Source: Xanthobacteraceae bacterium (GTDB lineage: Bacteria; Pseudomonadota; Alphaproteobacteria; Rhizobiales; Xanthobacteraceae). From it: 54,427 nucleotides of DNA. Of this stretch, positions 8,446 through 19,243 are shown piece after piece. Where the stretch lies: the NCBI GenBank assembly GCA_049285535.1, contig JBAQAB010000311.1, positions 1-54,427 of the forward strand, in the 5' to 3' direction. The position numbers and the translations under genes are program-made. The notes under the pieces were generated by a model. That model saw only the letters and a program-made list of their open reading frames with translations. It was not told the DNA's origin and did not search any database. Numbering within the stretch: position 1 is the first letter of the stretch; the number at the start of each line of letters is the position of its first letter.

Positions 8446-8754
8446 ATGGCCAAGGCAAAGAAGCGCAGTGCGACGCGTAAGAAAGCCGTGAAGGGCAAGA
8501 AAGCCAAGCCTGCACGCAAGAAGGCCGTCAAGCGCGCGGCGCCCAAGAAGAAGTCGCGCAAGCCCGCGGCAAAAGTGACGTCGAGCAAAGCGTTGAAGAA
8601 AGCGCCGAAGAAGGCTCCCAGGCAACGAAAGCCAATGGTTGAAGATACGATCGTCGACGTGATCGATGAGCCGGTGCCCGGAATCATCCGGGTTACCGAG
8701 TATGAGACGATCACAACAACGAGCCCCAAGCCTGACTCGGATACCGAAGAATAA
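8446..8754 (+). CDS. Lys/Ala-rich histone-H1-like basic protein with acidic C-terminus
   Basis: CAGGAGA SD. The N-terminal 60 aa are almost entirely K/A/R/P (AKKRSATRKKAVKGKKAKPARKKAVKRAAPKKK...). The tail ends ...SPKPDSDTEE. Confidence 0.55.
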   Translation: MAKAKKRSATRKKAVKGKKAKPARKKAVKRAAPKKKSRKPAAKVTSSKALKKAPKKAPRQRKPMVEDTIVDVIDEPVPGIIRVTEYETITTTSPKPDSDTEE

Positions 8755-8838
8755 TAGACAATTGCTTGATCGCGATTCGTTACGGCAGGCTTGCTTAGCC
8801 GGGACTGAATCCCATTGCGCAGGGACGGTGCACAGGGG

Positions 8839-10509
8839 CTACACCGTCAGCACGTGAACGTGACAGATCGGTTTCTTGCTCCAGCGCTCGCCAATTCGCC
8901 CGCGTACGGCGCGGCGCACCGCTTCGGCCACGGCATCGGGATCGCGGCGGCGCGGCTTTGGCATTGATTCGAAGGCTTCCTCGACCGCGTCACGTGCAAT
9001 TTCGGTCATCGACGTCCCGGCAGCGTCGCTGTCCGGCAGACCGATTAATTCAACTTCAGGATCGGCCACAAGCTGGCCCTTGGCACTGAGGGCGAGCGCC
9101 ACCGTCACGATGCCGGAAAAGCTCAAGCGCCGACGCGCCGCCACGGTGCGCGACTCGGCGCCGATGAGAAGCGAGCCGTCCTTGTAAAGCCGGCCCGAGG
9201 GAACCTTGTCGACTATTTCGGGGCCGTCCGGCGCGAGACGGACAAGATCGCCATTGCGGCAGACGAGGACCTTCGGCACTCCGGCACGGCGGGCAAGCTC
9301 GGCATGTTCGGCCAAGTGCAACGCTTCGCCATGGGCGGGAATGAGAATTTGCGGCCGCACCCAGCCGATCATCTCGCGCAGCTCGTCGCGCCGGGGGTGA
9401 CCGGAGACGTGAACGAGATGCGTGCGGTCGGTGATGACCTCGATGCCCTGCATGACCAAGCCGTTAATGACCTCACCCACGGCCTTCTCGTTACCGGGGA
9501 TCGCGCGCGACGAAAAAATCACACGGTCGCCCTTGGCGAGGGTGACTTCCGGATGCTCGTCTCGGGCGATACGCGAGAGCGCGGCGCGCGGTTCGCCCTG
9601 ACTGCCCGTGCACAGCGCCAACACCTTGTCGGGCGGCAGGTAGCCGTAGCTCTCGATGCTGCGAAAATCCTGCACGCCGTCAAGGTAACCCGTTTCGCGC
9701 GCGACCTGCGCAACCCGCTCCATCGCCCGGCCGACCAAAACGACTTCGCGCTCGGCGGCGCGGGCGGCGGCGGCGACTGCGCGTAAGCGGCCGACATGAG
9801 AAGCGAAGGTCGTCACCGCAACGCGGCGCGGGGCGGTGCGGATGAGTTCGGCCAGCGTCTTGGCGACATCGGCTTCCGACGGTGAACGCCCTTCCCGCAC
9901 CGCATTCGTCGAGTCGCCGACAAGCGCCAGCACGCCCTCGTCGCCAAGCGCGGTCAGCCTGGCAGCGTCGGTCGGCGCGCCGATGAGCGGGGTCGGATCG
10001 ATCTTCCAATCGCCGGTGTGCAGCACGATGCCCGCCGGCGTACGGATGGTCAGCGCATTCGATTCCGGGATCGAGTGCGCGACATTGATGAAATCGATTG
10101 CGAAGGGGCCGAGAGTCAGGTGGCCATTAAGCGGCACGATGTTGACCGGAATCTGCGGCGCGCCGGGCTCCGAAAGGCGCTTCGCCTCGAACAAAGCCGC
10201 CGTGAAAGGAGTGGCATAGAGCGGCACCTTGAGCCGCGGCCACAGATCGATCAGCGCCCCCATATGGTCCTCGTGGCCGTGGGTGAGCACCAGGCCGACG
10301 ATATTTTTGCGCTCTTCGATCAGATAACTGATGTCGGGCAGGATGAGATCGACGCCAGGCAAGTGCTCCTCGGACGCAAACGACACGCCGCAGTCGACGA
10401 TGAGCCATTGCCGCCGCCGCGCGTCGCCAAAGCCGTAGATCGAGAGGTTCATCCCGATCTCACCGATGCCGCCCAGCGGGGCAAAAACGAGCTCGTTGTG
10501 CGCCATCAT
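8839..10509 (-). CDS. rnj: ribonuclease J (metallo-beta-lactamase / beta-CASP)
   Basis: HGHEDHMG MBL motif, 556 aa. The start overlaps the birA stop (ATGA). Confidence 0.8.
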   Translation of the reverse strand: MMAHNELVFAPLGGIGEIGMNLSIYGFGDARRRQWLIVDCGVSFASEEHLPGVDLILPDISYLIEERKNIVGLVLTHGHEDHMGALIDLWPRLKVPLYATPFTAALFEAKRLSEPGAPQIPVNIVPLNGHLTLGPFAIDFINVAHSIPESNALTIRTPAGIVLHTGDWKIDPTPLIGAPTDAARLTALGDEGVLALVGDSTNAVREGRSPSEADVAKTLAELIRTAPRRVAVTTFASHVGRLRAVAAAARAAEREVVLVGRAMERVAQVARETGYLDGVQDFRSIESYGYLPPDKVLALCTGSQGEPRAALSRIARDEHPEVTLAKGDRVIFSSRAIPGNEKAVGEVINGLVMQGIEVITDRTHLVHVSGHPRRDELREMIGWVRPQILIPAHGEALHLAEHAELARRAGVPKVLVCRNGDLVRLAPDGPEIVDKVPSGRLYKDGSLLIGAESRTVAARRRLSFSGIVTVALALSAKGQLVADPEVELIGLPDSDAAGTSMTEIARDAVEEAFESMPKPRRRDPDAVAEAVRRAVRGRIGERWSKKPICHVHVLTV

Positions 10510-11300
10510 CCGGCCCGGCTCGGTACGGGCTGACCGCCACTAAGCAGCGGAAACACGTCGCCCGCCGAGATTTTTTCGGTGCCGCCGCCGCGGAGTTCCA
10601 AAATAAGACGCCCGGATCGATCGAGCCCGGCAAAGCGGCCGTGCTTTTCGGCGTTGCCAGTACGCACCGTGATCTCCTCGCCGATGCCGCGCGCGGCGAC
10701 AAGCCAATCGGCGAGAATCGCCGCAAAACCTTGGCCGCCATCCCACTGCGCCAGCCGCCGGCACATGGTGGCCGACAGCCGCTGGAATAGCCGGTCCGGA
10801 GCGACATCGGCGCCGTGGCTGCGCAGATCGGTCGCCGGATAGGCCGCCGCCGGCGGATGGCTCGCGCAATTGATGCCAATGCCGATCACGACGCAGAGGC
10901 TGTTGCCCGGCTCCGCCTCGCCTTCGATCAAAATCCCGGCGCACTTTTGGTTCGCCAGCAAGAGATCGTTCGGCCATTTGAAAGCTAGCACTGGCGCAAG
11001 CGCAGGTGCCTCGGCAATCACTGCATCGCGCAGCGCCAAGGCCGCGACAAAGGCGAGCTCCGGCGCATGCTCATAGGGCGACGGCTCGCGCAGCAGTAAG
11101 CTCGCATAAAGATTGCCGGCGGGCGACGCCCAGGAACGGTCCATCCGGCCGCGGCCTGCGGTTTGGGACACCGCCGTGATCCACAGCGGCGCGCATTCGC
11201 CTCGCTGCGCGCGGATGCGGGCTTCCTTATTGGTCGAGCCGACGGTGGCGAGGGCTTCGAGCCGAACACCTGCCTCGACCGCTATCGGGTCAAGCTGCAT
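10506..11300 (-). CDS. birA: biotin--[acetyl-CoA-carboxylase] ligase (no HTH domain)
   Basis: Contains the GRGRxxRxW biotin-binding motif (QTAGRGRMDRSWASP). 264 aa. The start overlaps the nuoN stop (TGATG). Confidence 0.8.
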   Translation of the reverse strand: MQLDPIAVEAGVRLEALATVGSTNKEARIRAQRGECAPLWITAVSQTAGRGRMDRSWASPAGNLYASLLLREPSPYEHAPELAFVAALALRDAVIAEAPALAPVLAFKWPNDLLLANQKCAGILIEGEAEPGNSLCVVIGIGINCASHPPAAAYPATDLRSHGADVAPDRLFQRLSATMCRRLAQWDGGQGFAAILADWLVAARGIGEEITVRTGNAEKHGRFAGLDRSGRLILELRGGGTEKISAGDVFPLLSGGQPVPSRAG

Positions 11301-12742
11301 CAGAACAAAGAGTGCGCGGCTGCGCTCGCGACGCCGACCAGCGGCCCGGGGTAGACGAAAAACAGGATGTTGAACAGGCCGCAGACCGCCAGCACGAGGC
11401 GCAATTCGTAGGGCATGTTGTAAAAGCCTTCGGCGGGCTCATCGAAATACATGGTCTTGACGATGGCGAGATAATAATAGGCCCCCGCCACGCTGGCGAG
11501 CACGCCGATGACCGCGAGCACGTAGAGGCCGGCTTTGATGGCGGCGAGGAAGACGTAAAATTTAGCGAAGAAACCGGCGAGCGGCGGTATTCCCGCCATC
11601 GAGAACAGCAGCATCGCCAAGAAGAATGCCGTCGCCGGATGGGTGCGGGCTAATCCCGCAAGCTGATCGATCGATTCCACCATGCCGCCGTGGCGCCGCA
11701 TCGACAGGATCACGGCAAACACGCCGAGCGTCATGGTGATGTAGATCGCCATATAGACCAGCACGCCCTGGACCCCTTCGGGTGTTCCGGCGGCAAGCCC
11801 GATCAGTGCAAACCCCATATGCCCGATCGAGGAATAGGCCATCAGGCGCTTGATGTTGCGCTGGCCAATCGCGGCGAAAGCGCCGAGCGCCATCGAGGCG
11901 ATGGAGACGAACACCACGATTTGTTGCCATTCCGAGGTGATGCCGGGAAATGCCATCACCGCGACACGGACGAACATGGCGATGCCCGCCACCTTCGGCG
12001 CGGCGGCGAAAAACGCCGTTACCGGCGTCGGCGCACCTTCGTAGACGTCGGGCGTCCACATATGGAATGGCACCGCGGAGACCTTGAAGCAGAAGCCGGC
12101 AAACAGAAAGACGATGCCGAAAATCAAGCCGATGCCGGCCGGCCCACCTTGCCCCGCCGCATGCGCGATGCCGGCAAAGCTCACGGTGCCGGTGAAGCCA
12201 TAGGTCAACGACGCGCCGTAGAGCAGCATCCCGGACGACAGCGCGCCGAGCACGAAATATTTCAACCCGGCCTCGGTCGAGCGCAAAGAATCGCGGTTGC
12301 TGGCGGCGACCACATAGAGCGGCAGACTCATCAGCTCGAGGCCGAGATAAAGCGCGATCAGATCCGCCGCCGATATCAGCATCATCATGCCGAGCGTCGA
12401 CAGCAGGATCAGGACGGAATATTCGAAGCGCTGTTGATGCGCGTGCTCGGCGTAATCGAGCGACATGGCGATCGCCGCGGCCGAGCCGAAGAGCGCCAGG
12501 ATCTTCAGGAACCGGGCAAAATCGTCGACGATGAAGCTGCCGCTGAAACCCGTCAGCTTTCCGGCCGGCAACAACAGGAGAACGACGCCGGCAACGGCCA
12601 ACAGCGCAATGGAGGCATAGTCGACCGTGCGCCCCGGCCGGCCAGTCTGGAAAACGCCCAGCATCAACAGCGCCGCGGCGCCGGTGCCGAGAACGATTTC
12701 CGGCAGTACCGGAACAAGCCTGGCGAGGTGGTCGGTGTCCAT
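11300..12742 (-). CDS. nuoN: NADH-quinone oxidoreductase subunit N
   Basis: 480-aa polytopic antiporter-like protein, last in the nuo order. Confidence 0.9.
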   Translation of the reverse strand: MDTDHLARLVPVLPEIVLGTGAAALLMLGVFQTGRPGRTVDYASIALLAVAGVVLLLLPAGKLTGFSGSFIVDDFARFLKILALFGSAAAIAMSLDYAEHAHQQRFEYSVLILLSTLGMMMLISAADLIALYLGLELMSLPLYVVAASNRDSLRSTEAGLKYFVLGALSSGMLLYGASLTYGFTGTVSFAGIAHAAGQGGPAGIGLIFGIVFLFAGFCFKVSAVPFHMWTPDVYEGAPTPVTAFFAAAPKVAGIAMFVRVAVMAFPGITSEWQQIVVFVSIASMALGAFAAIGQRNIKRLMAYSSIGHMGFALIGLAAGTPEGVQGVLVYMAIYITMTLGVFAVILSMRRHGGMVESIDQLAGLARTHPATAFFLAMLLFSMAGIPPLAGFFAKFYVFLAAIKAGLYVLAVIGVLASVAGAYYYLAIVKTMYFDEPAEGFYNMPYELRLVLAVCGLFNILFFVYPGPLVGVASAAAHSLF

Positions 12743-12767
12743 CGCTTCCCTTGGTGTTCCTTTGGCG

Positions 12768-14273
12768 TTACTTCGTCAACGCCGCCGTTTGCACGGCGCT
12801 GAGCGCATGGTGGTAATTGTCGATCAAGGCCGTCACCGAGACCGAGGAAATATCGAGCACCGGCTTCGGATAGACGCCGAACAGGATGGTCAGGATGACG
12901 AGCGGCGCCAGGATCGTGATCTCGCGCCAGCCGATATCTTTGATGTTGAACAGGCTCGGCTTTTCCAGCTTGCCGAAAATGACCTTGCGGTAGAGCCACA
13001 GCGCGTAAGCCGCCGACAGGATGGTGCCGAGCGTCGCCAGCGTCGCCACCCAGGTGTTGACGCGGAAGGTCCCGATCAGAGTGAGAAATTCGCCGACAAA
13101 TCCGGATGTGCCCGGCAAGCCGACATTGGCCAGCGTGAACACCAAGAAGACGAAGGCGTAGAGCGGCATGCGGTTGACCAGCCCGCCATAGGCGGCGATC
13201 TCGCGGGTATGCATGCGGTCATAGATGACGCCGACGCAGAGGAACAAGGCGGCGGAGACGATGCCGTGCGAGATCATCTGGAAAATGCCGCCGGCGACAC
13301 CCTGCGCGGTCACCGCGAAAATCCCCATGGTGACAAAGCCCATATGCGCCACCGAGGAATAGGCAATCAGCTTTTTCACGTCCTCCTGCACCAGCGCCAC
13401 CAGCGAGGTGTAGATGATGGCGATCGCCGAGAGCGCGTAGATGAGCGGCGCCAGATGCTGGGTCGCTTCCGGAAACATCGGCAGCGAGAAACGCAGGAAG
13501 CCGTAGCCGCCCATCTTCAATAGGATGGCGGCAAGGATCACCGAACCGGCGGTCGGCGCCTCGACATGCGCATCCGGCAGCCAGGTGTGGACGGGCCACA
13601 TCGGCATTTTCACGGCGAATGAAGCGAGGAAGGCGAACCAGGCCCAGGTCTGCAGAGCGAGCGGGAATGGATGGTGTAGCAGCGTCGGGATATCGGTGGT
13701 GCCGGCCTGCCAGTACATCGCCATGATGGCGAGCAGCATCAACACCGAACCAAGCAGCGTATAGAGAAAGAACTTAAAGCTGGCATAGACCCGGCGCGGG
13801 CCGCCCCACACGCCGATGATGAGGAACATCGGAATGAGACCGCCTTCGAAGAACAAATAGAACAACACGAGGTCGAGTGCGCAGAAAGTGCCGACCATCA
13901 GCGTTTCGAGCACTAGAAACGCGATCATATATTCGCGCACCCGGCTTTGGATCGAGGTCCAGCTCGCCAGGATCGAAATCGGCATCAGCGCCGTGGTCAG
14001 GATCACGAACGGCAGCGAAATGCCGTCGACGCCCATCGCATAGGTGATGGCGCCGCCTAGCCAGGGCCGCTTTTCGAGAAACTGGAAATCCGCGGTCGAC
14101 GGATCGAAGCGCCAAATCAGGATCAGCGAAATCGCAAAAGTGATCAGCGTCGTCCACAGCGCCACCCAGCGCGCATTGCGCACGCCCGCTTCGTCATCGC
14201 GCAAGAATGCGATGAACAGCGCGCCGGCGATCGGCAGGAAAGTGACGACGGACAGGATAGGCCAGCTCATCAT
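12768..14273 (-). CDS. nuoM: NADH-quinone oxidoreductase subunit M
   Basis: 501-aa antiporter-like subunit between nuoL and nuoN. Confidence 0.9.
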   Translation of the reverse strand: MMSWPILSVVTFLPIAGALFIAFLRDDEAGVRNARWVALWTTLITFAISLILIWRFDPSTADFQFLEKRPWLGGAITYAMGVDGISLPFVILTTALMPISILASWTSIQSRVREYMIAFLVLETLMVGTFCALDLVLFYLFFEGGLIPMFLIIGVWGGPRRVYASFKFFLYTLLGSVLMLLAIMAMYWQAGTTDIPTLLHHPFPLALQTWAWFAFLASFAVKMPMWPVHTWLPDAHVEAPTAGSVILAAILLKMGGYGFLRFSLPMFPEATQHLAPLIYALSAIAIIYTSLVALVQEDVKKLIAYSSVAHMGFVTMGIFAVTAQGVAGGIFQMISHGIVSAALFLCVGVIYDRMHTREIAAYGGLVNRMPLYAFVFLVFTLANVGLPGTSGFVGEFLTLIGTFRVNTWVATLATLGTILSAAYALWLYRKVIFGKLEKPSLFNIKDIGWREITILAPLVILTILFGVYPKPVLDISSVSVTALIDNYHHALSAVQTAALTK

Positions 14274-16369
14274 CAGTGCGGCCCCGCGAACATGAACCAG
14301 GTGATGAACGCGGCGACGCCGATCAGCATGGCGAAGGCGTAGTGGTAGAGATAGCCGGTCTGCAGCCGGACGACGCTCCTTGTCACGTCGAGCACCCAGG
14401 CGGAGACGCCGTCAGGGCCGAAGCCGTCGATGACAAACCCGTCGCCGCCTTTCCAGAGCACGCGGCCGAGCCAAAGCAGCGGGCGGACAAAGAGGAAATC
14501 GTAGATTTCGTCGAAGTACCATTTATTGAGCAGGAATTGGTAGAGCATGCGCTGGTCACGCGCCAAAGCCACCGGCAGATCGGGCCGCCGGATATAAAAC
14601 TGGTAGGCCACCAGAAAGCCGCCGATCATCATCACCGTCGGCAACAGCGACATCAAGAGTGGCAGCTTTTCAGCATTTTCGAACAGCGTTTCGGCGGTGC
14701 CGAGCTTGAGCGCGTCGCGGAAAAACTGCTCGGCGCCATGACCGGTGAAGACCGACAAGAACGGCCAGCCGGCGGCGATCGAGCCGAAGGCTAGGATCGC
14801 CAGCGGAATGAGCATCACCTTCGGGCTTTCGTGCGCGGCCTCGTAATGATGGTGATCGTGCGGCTCGCCATGGAAAGTCTTGAAGATGAGCCGCCATGAA
14901 TAGAACGAAGTCAGCGCGGCGGCCCCGACAGTCATGAGAAAGCCATAAGAGGCCATCGGATTGGCGCTAACGGCGGCGGCTTCGATGATGGCGTCTTTGG
15001 AGAAATAGCCGGCGGTCAACGGAAAGCCGGTCAGCGCCAAAGTGCCGATCAGCATTACGGCATAAGTGAACGGAATTTTACGCCACAGCCCGCCCATATT
15101 GCGGATGTCCTGCTCGTGATGCATCGCCAGGATGACCGAGCCCGAGCCGAGGAAAAGCAGCGCCTTGAAGAATGCGTGCGTGAACAAATGAAACATCCCG
15201 ACCGAATAAGCGCCGACGCCCATCGCCACGAACATGTAGCCAAGCTGCGAGCAAGTCGAATAAGCGACGATGCGCTTGATGTCGTTCTGCACGAGACCAA
15301 TGGTCGCCGCAAACATGCAGGTCGTCGCGCCAACGAAGATGACGAAAGCCGAGGCGTCCAGGGAGAGCGAGAACAGCGGCGACAGCCGCGCCACCATGAA
15401 CACACCGGCGGTCACCATGGTCGCAGCGTGGATCAATGCCGAGACCGGCGTCGGCCCTTCCATCGCGTCGGGCAGCCAGGTGTGCAGCAAAAATTGCGCC
15501 GATTTTCCCATCGCGCCCATGAATAAGAGAAGGCACACCGCGGTCAGCGCATTGACGTCCCAACTGAGGAAATGAAAGCTCTTGCCCGCCAGCGCCGGAG
15601 CCTGCGCGAAGATGGTGTCGAAGTCGATCGCGCCGGTGAGGTAGAAGACGGCAAAGATTCCAAGCGAGAAGCCGAAATCGCCGACGCGGTTGACGATAAA
15701 GGCCTTGATCGCGGCGGCGTTCGCTTCCGACTTATGAAACCAGAAGCCGATCAACAGATAGCTCGCCAGCCCGACGCCTTCCCAGCCGAAGAACAGCTGA
15801 ATGAGATTGTCGGCTGTCACCAGCATCAACATGGCGAAGGTGAAGAACGACAGATAGCAGAAGAAGCGCGGCTTATAGGGATCCTCGTCCATATAGCCAA
15901 TGGAATAGATGTGAACGAGCGACGAGATGGTGGTCACCACCACCAGCATGACGGCGGTCAAGGAATCGACGCGCAGCGCCCATTCGGAGTGCAGGTCGCC
16001 GGAGCTGATATAAGAGAACAGCGTGACACGGGCTTCGTGGCCCTCGATGCCGACATCGTAGAAGGCGAACCAGGACAGCACGCAGGCGATCACCAGGAAC
16101 GTGGAAGTAACGAGCATGGCGGGCAACGAGCCGGCCGCTGACGGCTCCTGGGCTTCATGCTCCTCGGCGTGAGTATTGGAGAATGTCGCGTGCGGCCCAT
16201 GCGGGTCCGGCGCCGCATGCGGATGGCCCTCGGACACCAGTGGCGCCGCGTGGTCGTCAGCCGGCGGCGGCGGATCCTCGCCTGGATGGCGTTGCGCCGC
16301 GCCGAACAGCGTGACGATACCGGCGACGATCGCGCCAAGAAGCGGCAAGGCAACGATGGCTTCGTACAT
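14273..16369 (-). CDS. nuoL: NADH-quinone oxidoreductase subunit L (with His/Pro-rich loop insertion)
   Basis: 698-aa antiporter-like subunit with a C-terminal lateral-helix region. A hydrophilic insert lies after TM1. Confidence 0.9.
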   Translation of the reverse strand: MYEAIVALPLLGAIVAGIVTLFGAAQRHPGEDPPPPADDHAAPLVSEGHPHAAPDPHGPHATFSNTHAEEHEAQEPSAAGSLPAMLVTSTFLVIACVLSWFAFYDVGIEGHEARVTLFSYISSGDLHSEWALRVDSLTAVMLVVVTTISSLVHIYSIGYMDEDPYKPRFFCYLSFFTFAMLMLVTADNLIQLFFGWEGVGLASYLLIGFWFHKSEANAAAIKAFIVNRVGDFGFSLGIFAVFYLTGAIDFDTIFAQAPALAGKSFHFLSWDVNALTAVCLLLFMGAMGKSAQFLLHTWLPDAMEGPTPVSALIHAATMVTAGVFMVARLSPLFSLSLDASAFVIFVGATTCMFAATIGLVQNDIKRIVAYSTCSQLGYMFVAMGVGAYSVGMFHLFTHAFFKALLFLGSGSVILAMHHEQDIRNMGGLWRKIPFTYAVMLIGTLALTGFPLTAGYFSKDAIIEAAAVSANPMASYGFLMTVGAAALTSFYSWRLIFKTFHGEPHDHHHYEAAHESPKVMLIPLAILAFGSIAAGWPFLSVFTGHGAEQFFRDALKLGTAETLFENAEKLPLLMSLLPTVMMIGGFLVAYQFYIRRPDLPVALARDQRMLYQFLLNKWYFDEIYDFLFVRPLLWLGRVLWKGGDGFVIDGFGPDGVSAWVLDVTRSVVRLQTGYLYHYAFAMLIGVAAFITWFMFAGPH

Positions 16370-16422
16370 TGCTAGAGTCTGCCTTGTCCGAGTTGAGTGA
16401 CGCCGCTTGCCATCTTCGCCGG

Positions 16423-16471
16423 GCGCATGATCTTTTCCGAAAACCGGTATCCACTTTTCGGGATCATGCGC
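16423..16471. repeat. palindromic intergenic repeat (REP-like) between nuoK and nuoL
   Basis: GCGCATGATC-TTTT-CCGAAAA-CCGGTATCCAC-TTTTCGG-GATCATGCGC, nested perfect inverted repeats. A related copy lies at 29325-29375. Confidence 0.85.
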
Positions 16472-16779
16472 TAGCCCTTCATCAGATTGATGTCTTCAAC
16501 CGCGATCGAGCCGCGGTTTCGGTAATAGGCCACCAGGATCGACAGTCCGATCGCGGCCTCGGCCGCCGCGACGGTCAGCACGATCAAGGCATAGACTTGG
16601 CCGACGATATCGCCAAGGAAACTTGAAAACGCGACAAGGTTGATGTTGACGGCAAGGAGGATCAGCTCGATCGACATCAGGATGACGATCACGTTCTTGC
16701 GGTTGAGAAAGATGCCGAAAATCCCGAGCGTGAACAGGATTGCCGCCACCGACAGATAGTGTCCGAGCCCGATTGTCAT
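16471..16779 (-). CDS. nuoK: NADH-quinone oxidoreductase subunit K
   Basis: 102 aa, three TM segments, [29 protein letters not shown]... Confidence 0.9.
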   Translation of the reverse strand: MTIGLGHYLSVAAILFTLGIFGIFLNRKNVIVILMSIELILLAVNINLVAFSSFLGDIVGQVYALIVLTVAAAEAAIGLSILVAYYRNRGSIAVEDINLMKG

Positions 16780-16792
16780 GATGGACTCCGCG

Positions 16793-17413
16793 TCATGACA
16801 GCAGCCCTTGCCCCGATTTCACTTTGACCACCTCAATTGCCGTTTTCGGGCCGCGCGCCACCTGGTTGGCGATATTTTGCCGCCGCACGTTTGGTTTATG
16901 CTGCAAGGTCATCACAATTGCGCCGATCATGGCGACGAGGAGAATGACGCCCGCGGCCTCGAAGTAATAAACGTAGCGCGTGTAGAGAACGAGGCCGAGC
17001 GCCTGCGTGTTATTGATGGCGCTCGCCGACGGGATCGGTGCGGTGATGGCTTTGGCTACATCTGGACCAATGACCCAGGCGCCGAGCACGACAAGGAGCT
17101 CGGCCAACATCACGGCGCCCACCAGGCCGCCGACCGGCAGGTAGCTGAGAAAGCCTTGGCGTAATTCGGCAAAATCCACGTCCAGCATCATCACGACGAA
17201 CAGGAACAGCACGGCGACGGCGCCGACATAGACGACGATCAGGATCATCGCCAGAAACTCGGCGCCCAGCAGGACAAACAATCCGGCGGCGTTGACGAAC
17301 GCGAGGATGAGGAAGAGCACCGAATGGACGGGGTTCTTCGCAGTGACGACCATAACGGCGGACGCCACCGTGATGCCGGCAAAGATATAAAAGAATATCG
17401 CATTCAGGATCAT
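16793..17413 (-). CDS. nuoJ: NADH-quinone oxidoreductase subunit J
   Basis: 206-aa membrane protein in the nuoJ position. Confidence 0.9.
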   Translation of the reverse strand: MILNAIFFYIFAGITVASAVMVVTAKNPVHSVLFLILAFVNAAGLFVLLGAEFLAMILIVVYVGAVAVLFLFVVMMLDVDFAELRQGFLSYLPVGGLVGAVMLAELLVVLGAWVIGPDVAKAITAPIPSASAINNTQALGLVLYTRYVYYFEAAGVILLVAMIGAIVMTLQHKPNVRRQNIANQVARGPKTAIEVVKVKSGQGLLS

Positions 17414-17425
17414 TGGCGTCGCATC

Positions 17426-17914
17426 TCACCGATAGGGTGCATCGAGTTCGATATTCTTCGCAATCTCGCGCTCCCAGCGATCACCGTTCGCCAGCAGCCG
17501 TTCCTTGTCGTAATAAAGCTCCTCGCGCGTTTCGGTGGCGAATTCGAAATTCGGACCCTCAACGATGGCGTCGACCGGACAGGCCTCCTGGCACAGCCCG
17601 CAATAGATGCATTTGACCATGTCGATGTCGTAGCGCGTTGCGCGCCGCGTGCCGTCATTGCGCCGCGGGCCGGCCTCGATAGTAATCGCTTGCGCCGGGC
17701 AGATGGCCTCGCACAATTTGCAGGCGATGCAGCGCTCTTCGCCGTTCGGATAGCGACGCAGCGCGTGCTCACCGCGAAAGCGCGGCGACAGCGGGCCCTT
17801 TTCGAACGGATAATTGAGCGTCGCCTTCGGCTTGAAGAAATAGCGCATCGACAGCACGAAGGCCTGCGCAAATTCTTTGAGGAAGAGTGAACGGGCGGCT
17901 TGATCGAGCTTCAT
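17426..17914 (-). CDS. nuoI: NADH-quinone oxidoreductase subunit I
   Basis: Two 4Fe-4S ferredoxin motifs: [12 protein letters not shown] and [12 protein letters not shown]. Confidence 0.92.
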   Translation of the reverse strand: MKLDQAARSLFLKEFAQAFVLSMRYFFKPKATLNYPFEKGPLSPRFRGEHALRRYPNGEERCIACKLCEAICPAQAITIEAGPRRNDGTRRATRYDIDMVKCIYCGLCQEACPVDAIVEGPNFEFATETREELYYDKERLLANGDRWEREIAKNIELDAPYR

Positions 17915-17923
17915 GTCAACCTC

Positions 17924-18166
17924 TCATGCCGCCCATTTGCCGCCGATCCAATAGCCGAGCGTGGCCAGGATGGCGATGTCGACGCCCAACACCACTCGTC
18001 GCACAACCGATAGCCTGTCCTCGAAAGCGGCGCGCTGGTCGAGCGTCTGCGGACCGCGTTGCGCGCGCAGCCGCCGTTCCACGATACGGATGACCGGCAC
18101 GTAAGCGGCAACCGCAACGATCGTCCCGGCGAGTCCGCCGAGCCAGGCCGGCAGCGAAAACTCCAT
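17924..18166 (-). CDS. 80-aa two-TM membrane protein inserted between nuoH and nuoI
   Basis: MEFSLPAWLGGLAGTIVAVAAYVPVI...VVLGVDIAILATLGYWIGGKWAA. Gaps to nuoH and nuoI are 12 nt and 9 nt. Confidence 0.5.
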   Translation of the reverse strand: MEFSLPAWLGGLAGTIVAVAAYVPVIRIVERRLRAQRGPQTLDQRAAFEDRLSVVRRVVLGVDIAILATLGYWIGGKWAA

Positions 18167-18178
18167 GCCGTCCTCCCT

Positions 18179-19240
18179 TCATTGGGGCGCCCAGCCGGTC
18201 AATTGCAGCACGCCGGCCACGATCGCCACCATCGCCAGCGAAATCGGCAAGAACACCTTCCAGCCGAGCCGCATCAACTGATCGTAGCGATAGCGGGGCA
18301 CGAACGCCTTCACCATCGCGAACATGAAGAAGACAAAAAATGCTTTGAGCACGAACCAGATGATGCCCGGCACCCAGGTGAACGGCGGCACCAGCAGCGG
18401 CGGCAGCCAGCCGCCGAGGAACAAGATCGTCGCCATAGCACACATGGTGCAGACCGCCACGTACTCGCCGAGCATGAACATCATGTAGGGTGTCGAGCCG
18501 TACTCGACCATGAACCCGGCTACGAGCTCCGATTCCGCCTCGACCAGATCGAACGGCGGCCGGTTGGTTTCGGCAAGCGCGGAAATGAAGAAGACGACGA
18601 GCATCGGGAACAGCGGCAGCCAATACCAGTTCAGGATCGACAGCCACGGCACCCCGATCGCGGTCGCCAGTCCGTGATTTTGCTGCGCTTCGACAATGGC
18701 GGAGAGATTGAGCGAGCCGACGCACAAGAGCACGGTGATGATGACGAAGCCGATCGACACTTCGTAGGATACCATTTGCGCGGCCGAGCGCAGCGCGGCG
18801 AGGAACGGGTATTTGGAGTTCGACGCCCAGCCCGCCATGATCACGCCGTACACGCCGAGCGACGAGATAGCGAAAATATAAAGAATACCGACGTTGATAT
18901 TCGAGATGACCCAGCCGGCATCGACCGGGATCACCGCCCAGGCGGCGAGCGCCAGCACACAGGTCACGAGCGGCGCCAGCAGGAACACGCCTTTGTTGGC
19001 GCCGGCCGGGATCACGGGCTCCTTGAGCACGAATTTGAGCAGATCGGCAAAGGATTGGAACAGGCCCCAGGGTCCGACCACATTGGGGCCGCGCCTGATC
19101 TGCACCGCAGCCCAGATCTTGCGGTCGGCCAGAAGCACATAGGCAACCGCAATCAGCAGCACGACGAGGAGCAACACACTCTCCGCGACCATGATGATCA
19201 GCGGCCAGAGGTAACCGGACCAGAATGCGGCCATGGTCAT
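18179..19240 (-). CDS. nuoH: NADH-quinone oxidoreductase subunit H
   Basis: 353 aa; [33 protein letters not shown] is the characteristic ND1/NuoH N-terminal region. Confidence 0.92.
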   Translation of the reverse strand: MTMAAFWSGYLWPLIIMVAESVLLLVVLLIAVAYVLLADRKIWAAVQIRRGPNVVGPWGLFQSFADLLKFVLKEPVIPAGANKGVFLLAPLVTCVLALAAWAVIPVDAGWVISNINVGILYIFAISSLGVYGVIMAGWASNSKYPFLAALRSAAQMVSYEVSIGFVIITVLLCVGSLNLSAIVEAQQNHGLATAIGVPWLSILNWYWLPLFPMLVVFFISALAETNRPPFDLVEAESELVAGFMVEYGSTPYMMFMLGEYVAVCTMCAMATILFLGGWLPPLLVPPFTWVPGIIWFVLKAFFVFFMFAMVKAFVPRYRYDQLMRLGWKVFLPISLAMVAIVAGVLQLTGWAPQ

Positions 19241-19243
19241 GCG

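Noticed and set aside
11690-13523. Long plus-strand ORFs (11690-12802 and 12627-13523) opposite nuoN and nuoM
   Set aside because: They are antisense shadows of membrane subunit genes with low-complexity charged translations.
16486-16499. FNR/FixK-like TTGAT-N4-TCAAC
   Set aside because: The second half-site does not match ATCAA, and it lies inside the nuoK coding sequence.
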